From Desulfurococcaceae archaeon (GTDB lineage: Archaea; Thermoproteota; Thermoprotei_A; Sulfolobales; NBVN01), in the NCBI GenBank assembly GCA_020833255.1, contig JAJHQR010000001.1, positions 7,359 to 71,358 on the forward strand: a stretch of DNA of 64,000 nt, written 5' to 3'. Below, one piece after another: positions 35,670 through 45,226 of the stretch; positions within the stretch are counted from its first letter, which is position 1; each line of letters starts with the position of its first letter. The notes beneath the pieces are model-generated. The model was not told where the DNA came from. It did no database searches and worked only from the letters and a program-made list of their open reading frames with translations. The translations under genes and the position numbers were made by a program.

Positions 35670-37016
35670 TTGTGGGATTATAAGAGGCCTTCGATAGTTG
35701 TCCCACCTCCCGGTCCTAAAGCTCTTGAGTGGATTAAGCGTGATGAGGCGTTGCTCTCGACTTCCTTGACTAGGACAGCCCCCCTGGTTCCTGCGGAGAC
35801 TGGTTACGTCTGGGTTAAGGATGTTGACGGCAACGTATTCCTTGATTTCGGTTCCGGGATAGCTGTGACGAACGTTGGTCACAGGCATCCGAGAGTCGTT
35901 AAGGCTATAAAAGAGGTTGTTGACTTACTTGACCACACGAATTCCTGCGATTTCTACAGCCACCTACAGGTAGTTTACGCTGAGAAGCTGCTCTCGCTAA
36001 CGCCCGGGGATTTTAAGAAGAGGGTCTTCTTCGGTAATTCAGGAACTGAGTCTGTGGAGTGTGCTTTAAAGGCTGTTAAGTGGCATTCCCCCGGCAAGCC
36101 GTACGTGCTGGGTTTCGTGCCAGGCTTCCACGGAAGAACCATGGGTTCCCTATCCTTCACCACGACTAAGCTCAGTGCTAGGAGGAGGTTCTTCCCGTTC
36201 ATGCCGGGGGCCGTGCACGTGCCGTTCCCCAACACTTATAGGTGCCCGTTCAAAGGACTTGAAGGCGATGAGTGTGTTGACGCTGTCTTATCCTACATGG
36301 AGGACTTCTTATTCCAGCACGTGGTCCCGCCGGATGAGATCGCTGGAGCGATAATTGAGCCCATACTGGGTGCCGGGGGTGTTGTGCCGGCGCCTGAGAA
36401 ATTCCTGAGGGAACTCTATAGGATGAGCAGGAAGTACGGGTTCTACTTGATAATAGATGAGGTTCAGACAGGTTTCGGCAGGACAGGTAAGTTGTGGGCG
36501 GTGCAACACTACGACGGCGTTATACCTGACGTGATGACCATGTCTAAGGCGGCCGCGAACGGCTTACCTTTCGGCCCCTGCGTCGCTAGAGCTGAGTTGC
36601 TTGAGTGGGAGCCGGACGCGCACGAGAACACGTTGGGCGGTAACCCTATAGTGGTCGCCGCCGCGATAGCTGTCCTGGACGTGATTTTAGAGGAGAAGCT
36701 TCCTGAGAACGCTGCTAAGCAAGGCGAGTACTTGATGAAGAGGCTGAACGAACTCAAGGACAGGTATGAGGAGGTAGGGGACGTGAGGGGTAAGGGGTTG
36801 ATGGTCGGTGTCGAGTTCGTTAAGAGTAAGGAGACGAAAGAACCTAACAAGAAGTTCAGGGAGAAGGTTATAGAAGAAGCTTTTAAGAGGGGCTTAATAC
36901 TGTTAGGTGCTGGCACCTCCTCACTGAGGTTGCAGCCGCCTCTCGTTATCAAGGAAGAACACGTTGACGTAGCTGTCGAGATATTGGAGGAATCTATTAA
37001 GAGTGCTAAAGCTTAG
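35670..37016 (+). CDS. class-III PLP aminotransferase (GabT/ArgD-like)
   Basis: GSGIAVTNVGHRHP, DEVQTGFGRTG, PLP-lysine TMSKAAANG. TTG start. Confidence 0.85.
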   Translation: MWDYKRPSIVVPPPGPKALEWIKRDEALLSTSLTRTAPLVPAETGYVWVKDVDGNVFLDFGSGIAVTNVGHRHPRVVKAIKEVVDLLDHTNSCDFYSHLQVVYAEKLLSLTPGDFKKRVFFGNSGTESVECALKAVKWHSPGKPYVLGFVPGFHGRTMGSLSFTTTKLSARRRFFPFMPGAVHVPFPNTYRCPFKGLEGDECVDAVLSYMEDFLFQHVVPPDEIAGAIIEPILGAGGVVPAPEKFLRELYRMSRKYGFYLIIDEVQTGFGRTGKLWAVQHYDGVIPDVMTMSKAAANGLPFGPCVARAELLEWEPDAHENTLGGNPIVVAAAIAVLDVILEEKLPENAAKQGEYLMKRLNELKDRYEEVGDVRGKGLMVGVEFVKSKETKEPNKKFREKVIEEAFKRGLILLGAGTSSLRLQPPLVIKEEHVDVAVEILEESIKSAKA

Positions 37017-37033
37017 ATTACGAGAGGTTAGGC

Positions 37034-38401
37034 ATGAGCTCAGCAATAAGACTGTTTTTCGAGCCCGAGTCCGTGGCAGTCATAGGAGCTTCCAGAGACC
37101 CCTCGAAGACGGGTCACGTGATACTTAAGAATATTGTTGAGGGAGGGTATAAGGGGAGGATATACCCAATCAACCCCTCAGCCAACGAGATTCTAGGCCT
37201 GAAATGCTATAAGTCTGTTCTGGAAGTCCCTGAAAACATAGACTTAGCCGTCGTGGTAGTCCCTGCCAGGTTAGTGCCTAGCGTAATCGACGAATTAGGT
37301 GTTAAGAAGGTTAAGGCGGCCGTGATAATCTCCGGCGGTTTCAGGGAGACCGGGACTCAGGAGGGTCGCAGGCTAGAGGAGGAGCTCAAGAATAAAGCTA
37401 TCAGTAATAACGTAAGGGTTTTAGGGCCTAACTGCCAGGGCGTGAATAACCCGCACGTCGGGTTATGCGCTTCGTGGCCATTGATAAGGAGTAGAGGGCC
37501 TCTAGCCATAGTTTCCCAGAGCGGTACCATAGCGGCCGCTTTCGAGTTATGGGCTGAGGAGGAAGGTATCGGGGTGAGTAAGATGGCGGCGTTAGGGAAT
37601 AAGATAGACGTGGACGAGACCGACTTACTGGAGTACTTGAGGGATGACGCCGAAACGAGAGCTATCGCCATGTACATAGAGAGCATTAGGGACGGCAGGA
37701 GGTTTTTGAGGGTGGCTACGGAGACCAGCCTTAAGAAGCCTGTGGTAGTCCTCAAGTCCGGCAGGACCCCCTCAGGTGTGAGGGCGGTAGCTTCACACAC
37801 GGGCTCGCTAGCAGGTTCTTACGCCATCTACTACTCAGCTTTCAGGAAGGCGGGCATAGCAGTTGCCGACACCATAGAAGAACTATACGATATAGCTAAG
37901 GGTCTGGCCCTACTGCCCAGGACAGACGGTGAGAGGATTCAGATAGTCACTTCCTCAGGTGGTTCAGGGATAGTCTCCGTGGATTACGCTGAGATGCTCG
38001 GGCTGAGGCTAGCTAGCCTAGAAGAGTCTTCTAGAGAGAGCTTACGTAGTGAGTTACCGACTCACTGCATAGTGGGTAACCCGCTGGATCTTACGGGGGA
38101 TGCTGACGCGGAAAGATATGATAAAGTCTTGAAGGTTTTGGTTAAGGATCCTAACATAGACGTAATCCTAACCATATTCGGCGACCCGATACCGGGAGCT
38201 AGTGAAGTCATTAAGAAATGGTTTAACTCGGGGAAGACTATAGTTCCCGTATACATAGGCGGAGGTTCTGTGGAGGTCGTTGAGAGGAGGAAAATGCATG
38301 AGTCCCGGATCCCTACGTTCAAGACTCCTGAGCGGGCGGTTAAGGTCGTGAAGGCCTTAGTAGACTACACAAGGTTTTTAAGGATGCATCAAGCTTCATA
38401 A
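37034..38401 (+). CDS. ADP-forming acyl-CoA synthetase, alpha subunit
   Basis: CoA-binding VAVIGASRDPSKTGH. Phosphohistidine loop VASHTGSLAGS. 455 aa. No beta (ATP-grasp) subunit adjacent. Confidence 0.85.
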   Translation: MSSAIRLFFEPESVAVIGASRDPSKTGHVILKNIVEGGYKGRIYPINPSANEILGLKCYKSVLEVPENIDLAVVVVPARLVPSVIDELGVKKVKAAVIISGGFRETGTQEGRRLEEELKNKAISNNVRVLGPNCQGVNNPHVGLCASWPLIRSRGPLAIVSQSGTIAAAFELWAEEEGIGVSKMAALGNKIDVDETDLLEYLRDDAETRAIAMYIESIRDGRRFLRVATETSLKKPVVVLKSGRTPSGVRAVASHTGSLAGSYAIYYSAFRKAGIAVADTIEELYDIAKGLALLPRTDGERIQIVTSSGGSGIVSVDYAEMLGLRLASLEESSRESLRSELPTHCIVGNPLDLTGDADAERYDKVLKVLVKDPNIDVILTIFGDPIPGASEVIKKWFNSGKTIVPVYIGGGSVEVVERRKMHESRIPTFKTPERAVKVVKALVDYTRFLRMHQAS

Positions 38402-38459
38402 GACTTTATTAAAGCTTCACCCACTCGTCACCTGCACGCCTTGATAATAATTTACTAGA

Positions 38460-38473
38460 ATGGATTAATCCAT
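38460..38473. promoter_or_regulatory. perfect 14-bp palindrome ATGGATTAATCCAT between TATA and the iorA start
   Basis: TATA-like TTGATAATAATTTA at 38441-38454. The palindrome starts 6 nt later. A further TAATCC half-site lies at 38488-38493. iorA GTG at 38513. Confidence 0.4.
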
Positions 38474-38512
38474 GCTTAAAACGTAGGTAATCCGTTACTT
38501 ACTCGTGGTGTT

Positions 38513-40561
38513 GTGGTAGTGCATATTGTTGGTTTAGATAAGCCGGGGAGCAGGTTCCTCCTTCAAGGAAACGAGGCAGTAGCTAGAGGTGCTTTAGAGG
38601 GAGGGGTTCAAGTAGCTACGGGCTATCCTGGCACACCCTCATCTGAGGTGATCGAAACACTAGCTGAGATAGCCAAGGATCACGGCATCTACGTGGAGTG
38701 GTCGGTTAACGAGAAGGTAGCTTTCGACGTCGCTGTCGGTGCTGCCAGTGTTGGCGCTCGCGCTCTAGTGACGGCTAAGAACGCCGGGGTTAACTGGTAC
38801 ATGGATATGTTTGCTACGGTGGTTTACGGAGGGCTTCCCGGAGGTCTCGTAGTGTACGCGGCTGACGACCCAGGAGCTTTCTACAGTTCCACGGAGCAGG
38901 ACACGAGACCCTTAGCTAGGAGTGTCGGCGTGTTGATATTAGAGCCTGCCGATCAGCAGGAGTCTAAGGAGATGGTGAGGCTAGGTTTTGATTACTCAGA
39001 AAAGTTTGAGTTACCGGTTTTCGTAAGGTCTGTGACCAGGATCAGCCACTCAACAGGTGACGTGACGTTCGGCGAGATTAGGAGGGAGAGGAATAAGGTC
39101 TTCTTTAACAGGCATTACGGGCTGCCCTTCAGGTACAACGTTTACGGCCCCTACAAGTATGGGGGTGAGGTAGGTCCCTCGGCTAAGCACGCGTGGCAGC
39201 TGGAAAGACTAGACAGTATTAAGGAATTCGTTGAGGAAGTGCCTCTTAACTGGGTTGAGGAAGGCAACGTGGATGTGGGTGTGGTGGCTTCAGGTATAGG
39301 GTACTCCTACGTTAAGGACGCTTTAGCGAGGCTAGACAGCGGCGTCAAGCTCTGGATCTTCAAGGTAGGGACTCCCTACCCGCTCCCGACCAAGAAACTA
39401 TCTAAGTTCTTAAGTAACTTAAGGGAGGTCTTGGTCGTTGAGGAAGGGGACCCTCTCGTTGAGGAGCAGGTCAGGGCTCTAAGCAAGGATTGCTGTCCTG
39501 AGGTTAAGGTGTTAGGTAGGGGATCAGGCACTATAAGGAGCTTCGGTGAGTTAGGGCTCGCGCAAGTTTTAAGAGCTGTCTCTAATTTGGTGGGTTCTAA
39601 ATATTATGAACCTAGTGATGAGAGGAGGAAGGTTAAAGCCGAGGTAAGGAAGATCATAGCCCCGAGATCCTCGATGATGTGTGCTGGATGCCCTCACCTA
39701 GGGACTTACTGGGTGCTTAGGTTCGCTCTACATAAGACGGTCAACAAGTATAGGGATAGGTTTAAGGGTGCTTGGATAGTTAACGGCGACATAGGTTGTT
39801 ACGAGATGGGGGGTTACGGACTCTTCGCTAAGGAGATAGAGCCTTCAAAGGAGAAAGTCACCAAGAGAGTGAGTTTCGATAACCCGTACGAAATACTCGA
39901 TACTAACTACATCATGGGCGGGGGCATAGGCGTTGCTCAAGGGCAGTACCACGCCGGTTACTCGGAGGGCCCTATAGTAGCTGTGGCAGGGGACTCAACG
40001 TTTTTCCACGCGTGCATGCCCGCACTACTCAACGCAACCTACAATAAAGCAGCCATAACCTTCTTAGTGTTAGATAATTCTTGGACGGCCATGACGGGAC
40101 ATCAACCAGCGCCGACGACCGGGGTTACCGCCACGGGCTCGCCGAGCAGGGTCTACAAGATCGAGGAGATCGCTAAAGCTTTAGGTGTGGATGACGTGTG
40201 GGTTGCTGACCCGTACGACTTGAAGAGCGCTGAGGAATCGTTATTGAAAGCGATCGACAAGACCGTGAACGAGAATAAAACCACCTTAGTTATCTTCAGG
40301 CGGGAATGCGCTCTGCAGGTAGTCAGGAGGCTTACTAGGGAAGGTAAGGTAATAACCCACTACGTGGTCGACACCGGTAGATGCGTGGGTTGCAGACTAT
40401 GCGTTCAGTTAGGTTGCCCAGCTATAGGTTGGGATAAGAACGCTAAGAAAGCCTTCATAGACCCCACCCTCTGCGTCTCATGCACCCTCTGCGCTCAGGT
40501 ATGCCCCGTGAAAGCGATAAAGCCTTCAACCGAGGAGGTAGTGGGGGTTAAGGGGGTGTAG
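38513..40561 (+). CDS. iorA: indolepyruvate:ferredoxin oxidoreductase alpha subunit
   Basis: 682 aa. TPP region GDSTFFH. C-terminal ferredoxin domain CVGCRLCVQLGCP / CVSCTLCAQVCP. Confidence 0.88.
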   Translation: MVVHIVGLDKPGSRFLLQGNEAVARGALEGGVQVATGYPGTPSSEVIETLAEIAKDHGIYVEWSVNEKVAFDVAVGAASVGARALVTAKNAGVNWYMDMFATVVYGGLPGGLVVYAADDPGAFYSSTEQDTRPLARSVGVLILEPADQQESKEMVRLGFDYSEKFELPVFVRSVTRISHSTGDVTFGEIRRERNKVFFNRHYGLPFRYNVYGPYKYGGEVGPSAKHAWQLERLDSIKEFVEEVPLNWVEEGNVDVGVVASGIGYSYVKDALARLDSGVKLWIFKVGTPYPLPTKKLSKFLSNLREVLVVEEGDPLVEEQVRALSKDCCPEVKVLGRGSGTIRSFGELGLAQVLRAVSNLVGSKYYEPSDERRKVKAEVRKIIAPRSSMMCAGCPHLGTYWVLRFALHKTVNKYRDRFKGAWIVNGDIGCYEMGGYGLFAKEIEPSKEKVTKRVSFDNPYEILDTNYIMGGGIGVAQGQYHAGYSEGPIVAVAGDSTFFHACMPALLNATYNKAAITFLVLDNSWTAMTGHQPAPTTGVTATGSPSRVYKIEEIAKALGVDDVWVADPYDLKSAEESLLKAIDKTVNENKTTLVIFRRECALQVVRRLTREGKVITHYVVDTGRCVGCRLCVQLGCPAIGWDKNAKKAFIDPTLCVSCTLCAQVCPVKAIKPSTEEVVGVKGV

Positions 40562-40564
40562 GAC

Positions 40565-41179
40565 TTGAGGTACTACCATATAATGATAGCTGGTGTCGGG
40601 GGTCAGGGTAACCTACTCCTCTCGAGGATCATAGGCGACGCCGCCCTCTCTAAGGGATTGAGGGTTAGGTTGGGGGAGACCTTCGGTGCTGCTCAGAGAG
40701 GCGGGTCAGTACATTCTCACGTAAGAATAGGTAAGGAAGTTTACGGTCCTTTAATGCTCGAGGACGAAGCAGACGCTCTACTAGCTTTAGAACCTTTAGA
40801 AGGGTTAAGACGAGGTGTTCAGTACTTAAAGGAAGGAGGTCTCGCGATCTTGAATACCAGGAAGGTGAGCTCGATCGACGTTAATGTGGGCGTAGCCGAA
40901 TACCCTAGCATTGAAGAAATAATAGAGTCTTTCAGAAAGTTAAAGGCTAGGATAGTGTATCATGACTTCACGAAGATCGCGGAGGAGATTGGGTCCCCGA
41001 GGCTAATGAATGTAGTTGTTTTAGGCGTGTTCGCTGGCATTGCGGAGAGAGAGCTTCCCTTCACTTTAGAAGACCTGAAAACCGCTATAAGGGGTAGAGT
41101 TCCTCAGAGGTGGGTTGAGTTAAATCTGCGTGCTTTTGACGTGGGTTACGAATTTTCTAAAAATTATATTATGAAGTAG
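40565..41179 (+). CDS. iorB: indolepyruvate:ferredoxin oxidoreductase beta subunit
   Basis: IMIAGVGGQGN motif. 4 nt after iorA. TTG start (ATG 40583 possible). Confidence 0.85.
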   Translation: MRYYHIMIAGVGGQGNLLLSRIIGDAALSKGLRVRLGETFGAAQRGGSVHSHVRIGKEVYGPLMLEDEADALLALEPLEGLRRGVQYLKEGGLAILNTRKVSSIDVNVGVAEYPSIEEIIESFRKLKARIVYHDFTKIAEEIGSPRLMNVVVLGVFAGIAERELPFTLEDLKTAIRGRVPQRWVELNLRAFDVGYEFSKNYIMK

Positions 41180-42140
41180 CTTTTCCTAGGAAAAGTCTAG
41201 TACTGAAGTACCTTGCTGCATAGTCTGGGAGAACAGTAACTATTTTCTTTCCCTCACCAATACCAAATCTTTTGGCTATCTTAATAGCCGCCACTACGTT
41301 AGCTCCTGAGGATATACCTACCGCAAGTCCTTCAAGTCTTGCTAACCTCCTAGACATCTCTATTGCTCTCTCTGAATTAACTACCTCGAAATGGTCTATT
41401 AGGTGTTTGTACTTCCTAATTATGTTTGGCACGAAACCGTCCCCGACACCCTCTATCTCGTGCCTGCCCCACGGACCTTCAACGCCTGTGTAGAACCAAT
41501 TATAAGCAACAGGGCACTCAGCAGGTTCCGCGCCAACGATTAAGGTTTTGGGGTTAACCTCCTTAAGTCTCTTAGCAACCCCTACTAAGGTTCCTCCAGT
41601 GCCTACGTGAGCCACGAAAGCGTCAACAGTACCCAGCTGCTCTATTATTTCCTTCCCGGTAGTCTCGTAATGTGCCTCAACGTTCGCTTCATCATCCCAT
41701 TGATCTAGGAAAACGTATTTGTCAGGGTATTTCCTCTCAAGTTCCTTGCCGTACTGCAGGGCTTTGAAAGCGTCTGACTCACCTCCAGGCACCCTAATTA
41801 TTTCAGCGCCATAATGCTCAATCAATAAAAACCTCTCTCTACTCATTTCCTCCGGTATCACTATGACTACCTTATAACCTAGCGCTGCCCCTAAAGCAGC
41901 GAAGGCTATTCCAGTGTTACCAGTAGTTGCCACTACTATAGCTTTGTCCTTACTTAACCTACCCTCCCTCTCAGCCTTCTTAATCATGTAGAGAGCCATC
42001 CTATCCTTAACACTACCTGAGGGGTTCATGAACTCTAACTTAACCCAAATCTCAGCCTTCACATCCTCAGGTACCACCCTCCTGAGCCTTATCAAAGGAG
42101 TCTCACCAACCACATCCGCTATTGACTCACCAACCTTCAT
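41169..42140 (-). CDS. PLP-dependent cysteine synthase / cystathionine beta-synthase family
   Basis: PLP-lysine SGSVKDR, HVGTGGTLVG, GISSGAN. The 3' end overlaps the iorB 3' end by 11 nt. Confidence 0.85.
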   Translation of the reverse strand: MKVGESIADVVGETPLIRLRRVVPEDVKAEIWVKLEFMNPSGSVKDRMALYMIKKAEREGRLSKDKAIVVATTGNTGIAFAALGAALGYKVVIVIPEEMSRERFLLIEHYGAEIIRVPGGESDAFKALQYGKELERKYPDKYVFLDQWDDEANVEAHYETTGKEIIEQLGTVDAFVAHVGTGGTLVGVAKRLKEVNPKTLIVGAEPAECPVAYNWFYTGVEGPWGRHEIEGVGDGFVPNIIRKYKHLIDHFEVVNSERAIEMSRRLARLEGLAVGISSGANVVAAIKIAKRFGIGEGKKIVTVLPDYAARYFSTRLFLGKATS

Positions 42141-42265
42141 TCGCCGATACCACCGAAATTCTAGGGAAAACCACCCCTTATATAAAATATTTCAAGAATT
42201 CTGAAGAAAAATTATGGGTGAATACATGACTTAACGTATATTTTTATTTACTCACATTAATTGAA

Positions 42266-43300
42266 ATGGGGGTGTATGGCTTGACGTATCCAATCGTAGA
42301 TCTACATGAAGATATCTCGTTATATTTTTTAACGTTTGGCGGGGGACAACCCTTAGCAGATTTCAGAGATGACTTGAGTGGTAGGGACGCAGATATACCT
42401 AAGTACGTTCGCGGCAATGTGAGGTTAGTGTTCTCATCGATTTTCCCGGGCACGCACACCTTCGACGTGAAATTACTTGATCAGAGGGAGAAGGATAGGT
42501 GGTTACCCAGAGTTATCATGAGGTACCCACAACTACAGGTTTTCGAGCATCTTAAGATCTATTACTCACTTTCCGAAGCTTACAACGTGAGAATAGTTGA
42601 GTCTTTAAAGGATGTTGAGGACGTTATTAAATCTAGTGATTACAGGTTAGGGTTCCTTATTCACGTAGAGGGTGCTGACGCGATCGACGACCCTTACGAC
42701 CTAGTACTCCTCAAGAAGCTTGGGGTTAGGTCTTTAGGGCTGACCTGGAACTACAATAATAAGTGGGCGTCTTCCTGTGCTTCAAATAAGGACTACGGGT
42801 TAACTCCTGAGGGTGAGGAACTCGTTAAGTACGCTAATAAGCTAGGCATAATAATAGACTTAGCTCACGCAAGCAAGAAGACAGTGGTCGACGTACTCCA
42901 AATATCTAGGAAGCCCGTCATGATAAGTCACGCTAACGTTAAGTCAGTGCATGATCATAGAAGAAACGTTGACGACGAAGTGCTGGAACTCCTCTCATCA
43001 AATAATGGCTTGATTGGGATGTCTTTCGTGAGTTCCTTCATATCACCTAAGAAGAGGGCTAGCGTTAACGACTTAGTTAATCACTTCATGCACGTCTACG
43101 AGAGGTTCGGCTCGGACATATTAGCGATAGGCACTGATTTCCACGGCCTCCTAGGTCTTCCAGGTCCTGAGGGGCTTGAGTCTATTGATAAGGTGCAGAC
43201 ACTCTTAAACGCGTTGAGGGATAGAGGCCTTAAAGAATCTGATGTTAGGAAGATAGCTTTCGAGAATGCTCTCAGACTACTAGAGAACGTCCTTGGTTAA
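42266..43300 (+). CDS. membrane (renal-type) dipeptidase, peptidase family M19
   Basis: DLHEDI, HVEGADAI, GLTWNYNNKWASS, DLAHAS, SHAN. Confidence 0.8.
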   Translation: MGVYGLTYPIVDLHEDISLYFLTFGGGQPLADFRDDLSGRDADIPKYVRGNVRLVFSSIFPGTHTFDVKLLDQREKDRWLPRVIMRYPQLQVFEHLKIYYSLSEAYNVRIVESLKDVEDVIKSSDYRLGFLIHVEGADAIDDPYDLVLLKKLGVRSLGLTWNYNNKWASSCASNKDYGLTPEGEELVKYANKLGIIIDLAHASKKTVVDVLQISRKPVMISHANVKSVHDHRRNVDDEVLELLSSNNGLIGMSFVSSFISPKKRASVNDLVNHFMHVYERFGSDILAIGTDFHGLLGLPGPEGLESIDKVQTLLNALRDRGLKESDVRKIAFENALRLLENVLG

Positions 43301-44820
43301 AGCAATCCTAGAGCGAGACCGTCTCCTCTGACGTCCACGTAACCGGCCCTAACACCCTCTTTAATTTCCGCTACGGCCGCTACGCCGAGTCTCGCAGGGT
43401 ATTTGACTCTGCGTAGCACGTGACCTTCGATAACCCCTTCCTCAAAACCCTCCTCAAATTCTACGAGGTTGGTTCCAGGGTACCATACAAACCTAGGGTA
43501 TTCTATTGCTTCCTGCGGGTTCATCCTGTACTTGAAGATGTTTTGAAATATCTCCGCATGCAGTTGCGGCCTGAAGTGGCCTCCCGACAACCCTATAGCC
43601 ATCTCCCTATCCTTAGTTACCACTATCATAGCGGAAAGAGTGTGTAGGGGTTTCTTCAAAGGCGCTAGCGAGTTCGGATGGTTCGGGAGTAGGTTAAAGG
43701 AGGAAGCTCTGGAGTTTAAGGTTATGCCGTACGTAGGTTCCGTTATCTTGGAACCGAAAGGATAGAAGAGGGACTGAATCCCCGAGACTATGGTGCCCTC
43801 ACTGTCTACGACGGCGAAGTACGTTGTGTCCCCGCCACCGCCGTGACCTACTGACTGCCCTGGATCACTACCGCGTAGTAGGTCCGTGCTCAATAGCTTG
43901 TCTACCCCGATACTCATGTAACGCGGGTCCCCAACGTAGGAATCCCTAATCTTATACACAGTCTTAAACAAATTAACGTATGTCCTCAGCCTATCTATAG
44001 AGTTCGGCTTAGTCTCTCGTTCCCCCTCAAGAAGCTTCAGTAGTTGCAGGGTCGTTATACCCTGGGTGTTGGGAGGCATCTCATACACTGTGACGTCGCC
44101 TAAGCATAGCTTAATCGGGTCCCCGATCTCCGCTCTGTAATTCCTCATATCCTCGTAACTCAACACCCCGCCGACAGACCTAACATACTCTGAAATCTTG
44201 ATAGCTATGTCCCCCTCGTAGAACTGCCTGGGGTCATCCCTGATAATCTCTAACGCTTTAATCATCCCGTCAAACCTGACGAGCTGTCCCGGCGTGTAGT
44301 AGTTAACGTTGCTGTAGTACGTTTTCCTAGAGCCCTCATCCTTAACTAGCATGTCCCTGAGGTTGTTGAGGGCTGTAGCGAAACTAGGTGAGATCGGGAA
44401 CCCGCTCCTCAACGCACCTACTACCAGGTCAACGATCTTCCCCCACTCAAGAGATCCTAACCTCTCCCACATTACTCTGAGACCGTCAATCATTCCCGGC
44501 ACCACGATCGAGAGAGGCCCCTCCAGCGGGACCTCCTTAAGTCCTGCAGACTTAATAAACTCTATAGTCATCGCTGAAGGTGCGTAGCCCGAGCCATTAA
44601 CGAACGTGATCCTCCCATTAGGATCCTTAATCAAGGCGAAGAAATCCCCTCCTAAACCGCCTAAGTGCGGTATACTAACCGAGAGCGCTAGTGACGTAGC
44701 TACTGAAGCGTCTACCGCGTTACCCCCCATCTCAAGAATCTTAACCCCCACAACGGAAGCCAGGGAAGTCTCGCTAGCTACAACACCCTTAGAAGAATAG
44801 AAAGGGATTCTAAGCATCAT
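43297..44820 (-). CDS. ggt: gamma-glutamyltranspeptidase
   Basis: Autoprocessing/catalytic Thr region GGGDTTYFAVVD, GGLGGDFF. ATG 44820/44817 (MMLRIPFYSSKG) preferred, with TATA TATTTATTA about 28 nt upstream; the track start 44871 would run into the RNase P RNA flank. Confidence 0.85.
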   Translation of the reverse strand: MMLRIPFYSSKGVVASETSLASVVGVKILEMGGNAVDASVATSLALSVSIPHLGGLGGDFFALIKDPNGRITFVNGSGYAPSAMTIEFIKSAGLKEVPLEGPLSIVVPGMIDGLRVMWERLGSLEWGKIVDLVVGALRSGFPISPSFATALNNLRDMLVKDEGSRKTYYSNVNYYTPGQLVRFDGMIKALEIIRDDPRQFYEGDIAIKISEYVRSVGGVLSYEDMRNYRAEIGDPIKLCLGDVTVYEMPPNTQGITTLQLLKLLEGERETKPNSIDRLRTYVNLFKTVYKIRDSYVGDPRYMSIGVDKLLSTDLLRGSDPGQSVGHGGGGDTTYFAVVDSEGTIVSGIQSLFYPFGSKITEPTYGITLNSRASSFNLLPNHPNSLAPLKKPLHTLSAMIVVTKDREMAIGLSGGHFRPQLHAEIFQNIFKYRMNPQEAIEYPRFVWYPGTNLVEFEEGFEEGVIEGHVLRRVKYPARLGVAAVAEIKEGVRAGYVDVRGDGLALGLL

Positions 44821-44876
44821 ATCCCACCACATTAAAAACCACACGAAATAATAAATATGAAACCCCCGCACTGTTA

Positions 44877-45204
44877 GGGGGCGGTGCCGACTATAGCCCG
44901 TCTTCAGTACTACGGCGGCATTGAGCTTAACGGCCTACCCGCGCCTCACGCGGCTCTCATCGGCGCTGCTTGGCCTTGCTCCCGAGGGGACAGCCGTTTC
45001 AACGCATCCGCTCCCATACTCGGCGGGTTACTGACGCTTCGTTACCGAAGCGTCCTCACCGCGTCATCGACATCCGGGAGCGGCCGTGTCGTTTCTGTGC
45101 TGTTGCCGCGGGTCTCCCCGCACCCCTTACGGGGTCCTCGCGCCGCGAGGAGGACGGTGCTTCCTCAGGGGATTACCCCCGTAGCCGCCAGTCGGCTCCG
45201 CCCC
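44877..45204 (-). ncRNA. rnpB: RNase P RNA (archaeal type A)
   Basis: Minus strand: 14-bp P1 (GGGGCGGAGCCGACU / AGUCGGCACCGCCCC). GAGGAAGCACCGUCC corresponds to CR-I. GUAAGGGGUGCGGGGAG, GGGAGCAAGGCCAAGCAG (E. coli GGAGCAAGGCCAAAUAG), CGGGUAGGCCGUUAAGCUC, and ACUGAAGACGGGCUAUAG (CR-V, ACAGAAxCCGGCUUAU). About 66% GC. Confidence 0.9.
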
Positions 45205-45226
45205 GAAATCATATCGGTTGCGAAAC

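Noticed and set aside
36509-36952. 147-aa minus-strand ORF, and similar antisense ORFs at 31515-31979, 37357-37800, 52091-52519, 55362-55691 and 59789-60277
   Set aside because: Each lies wholly inside and antisense to a motif-supported gene. Their serine/leucine-rich composition is characteristic of antisense frames.
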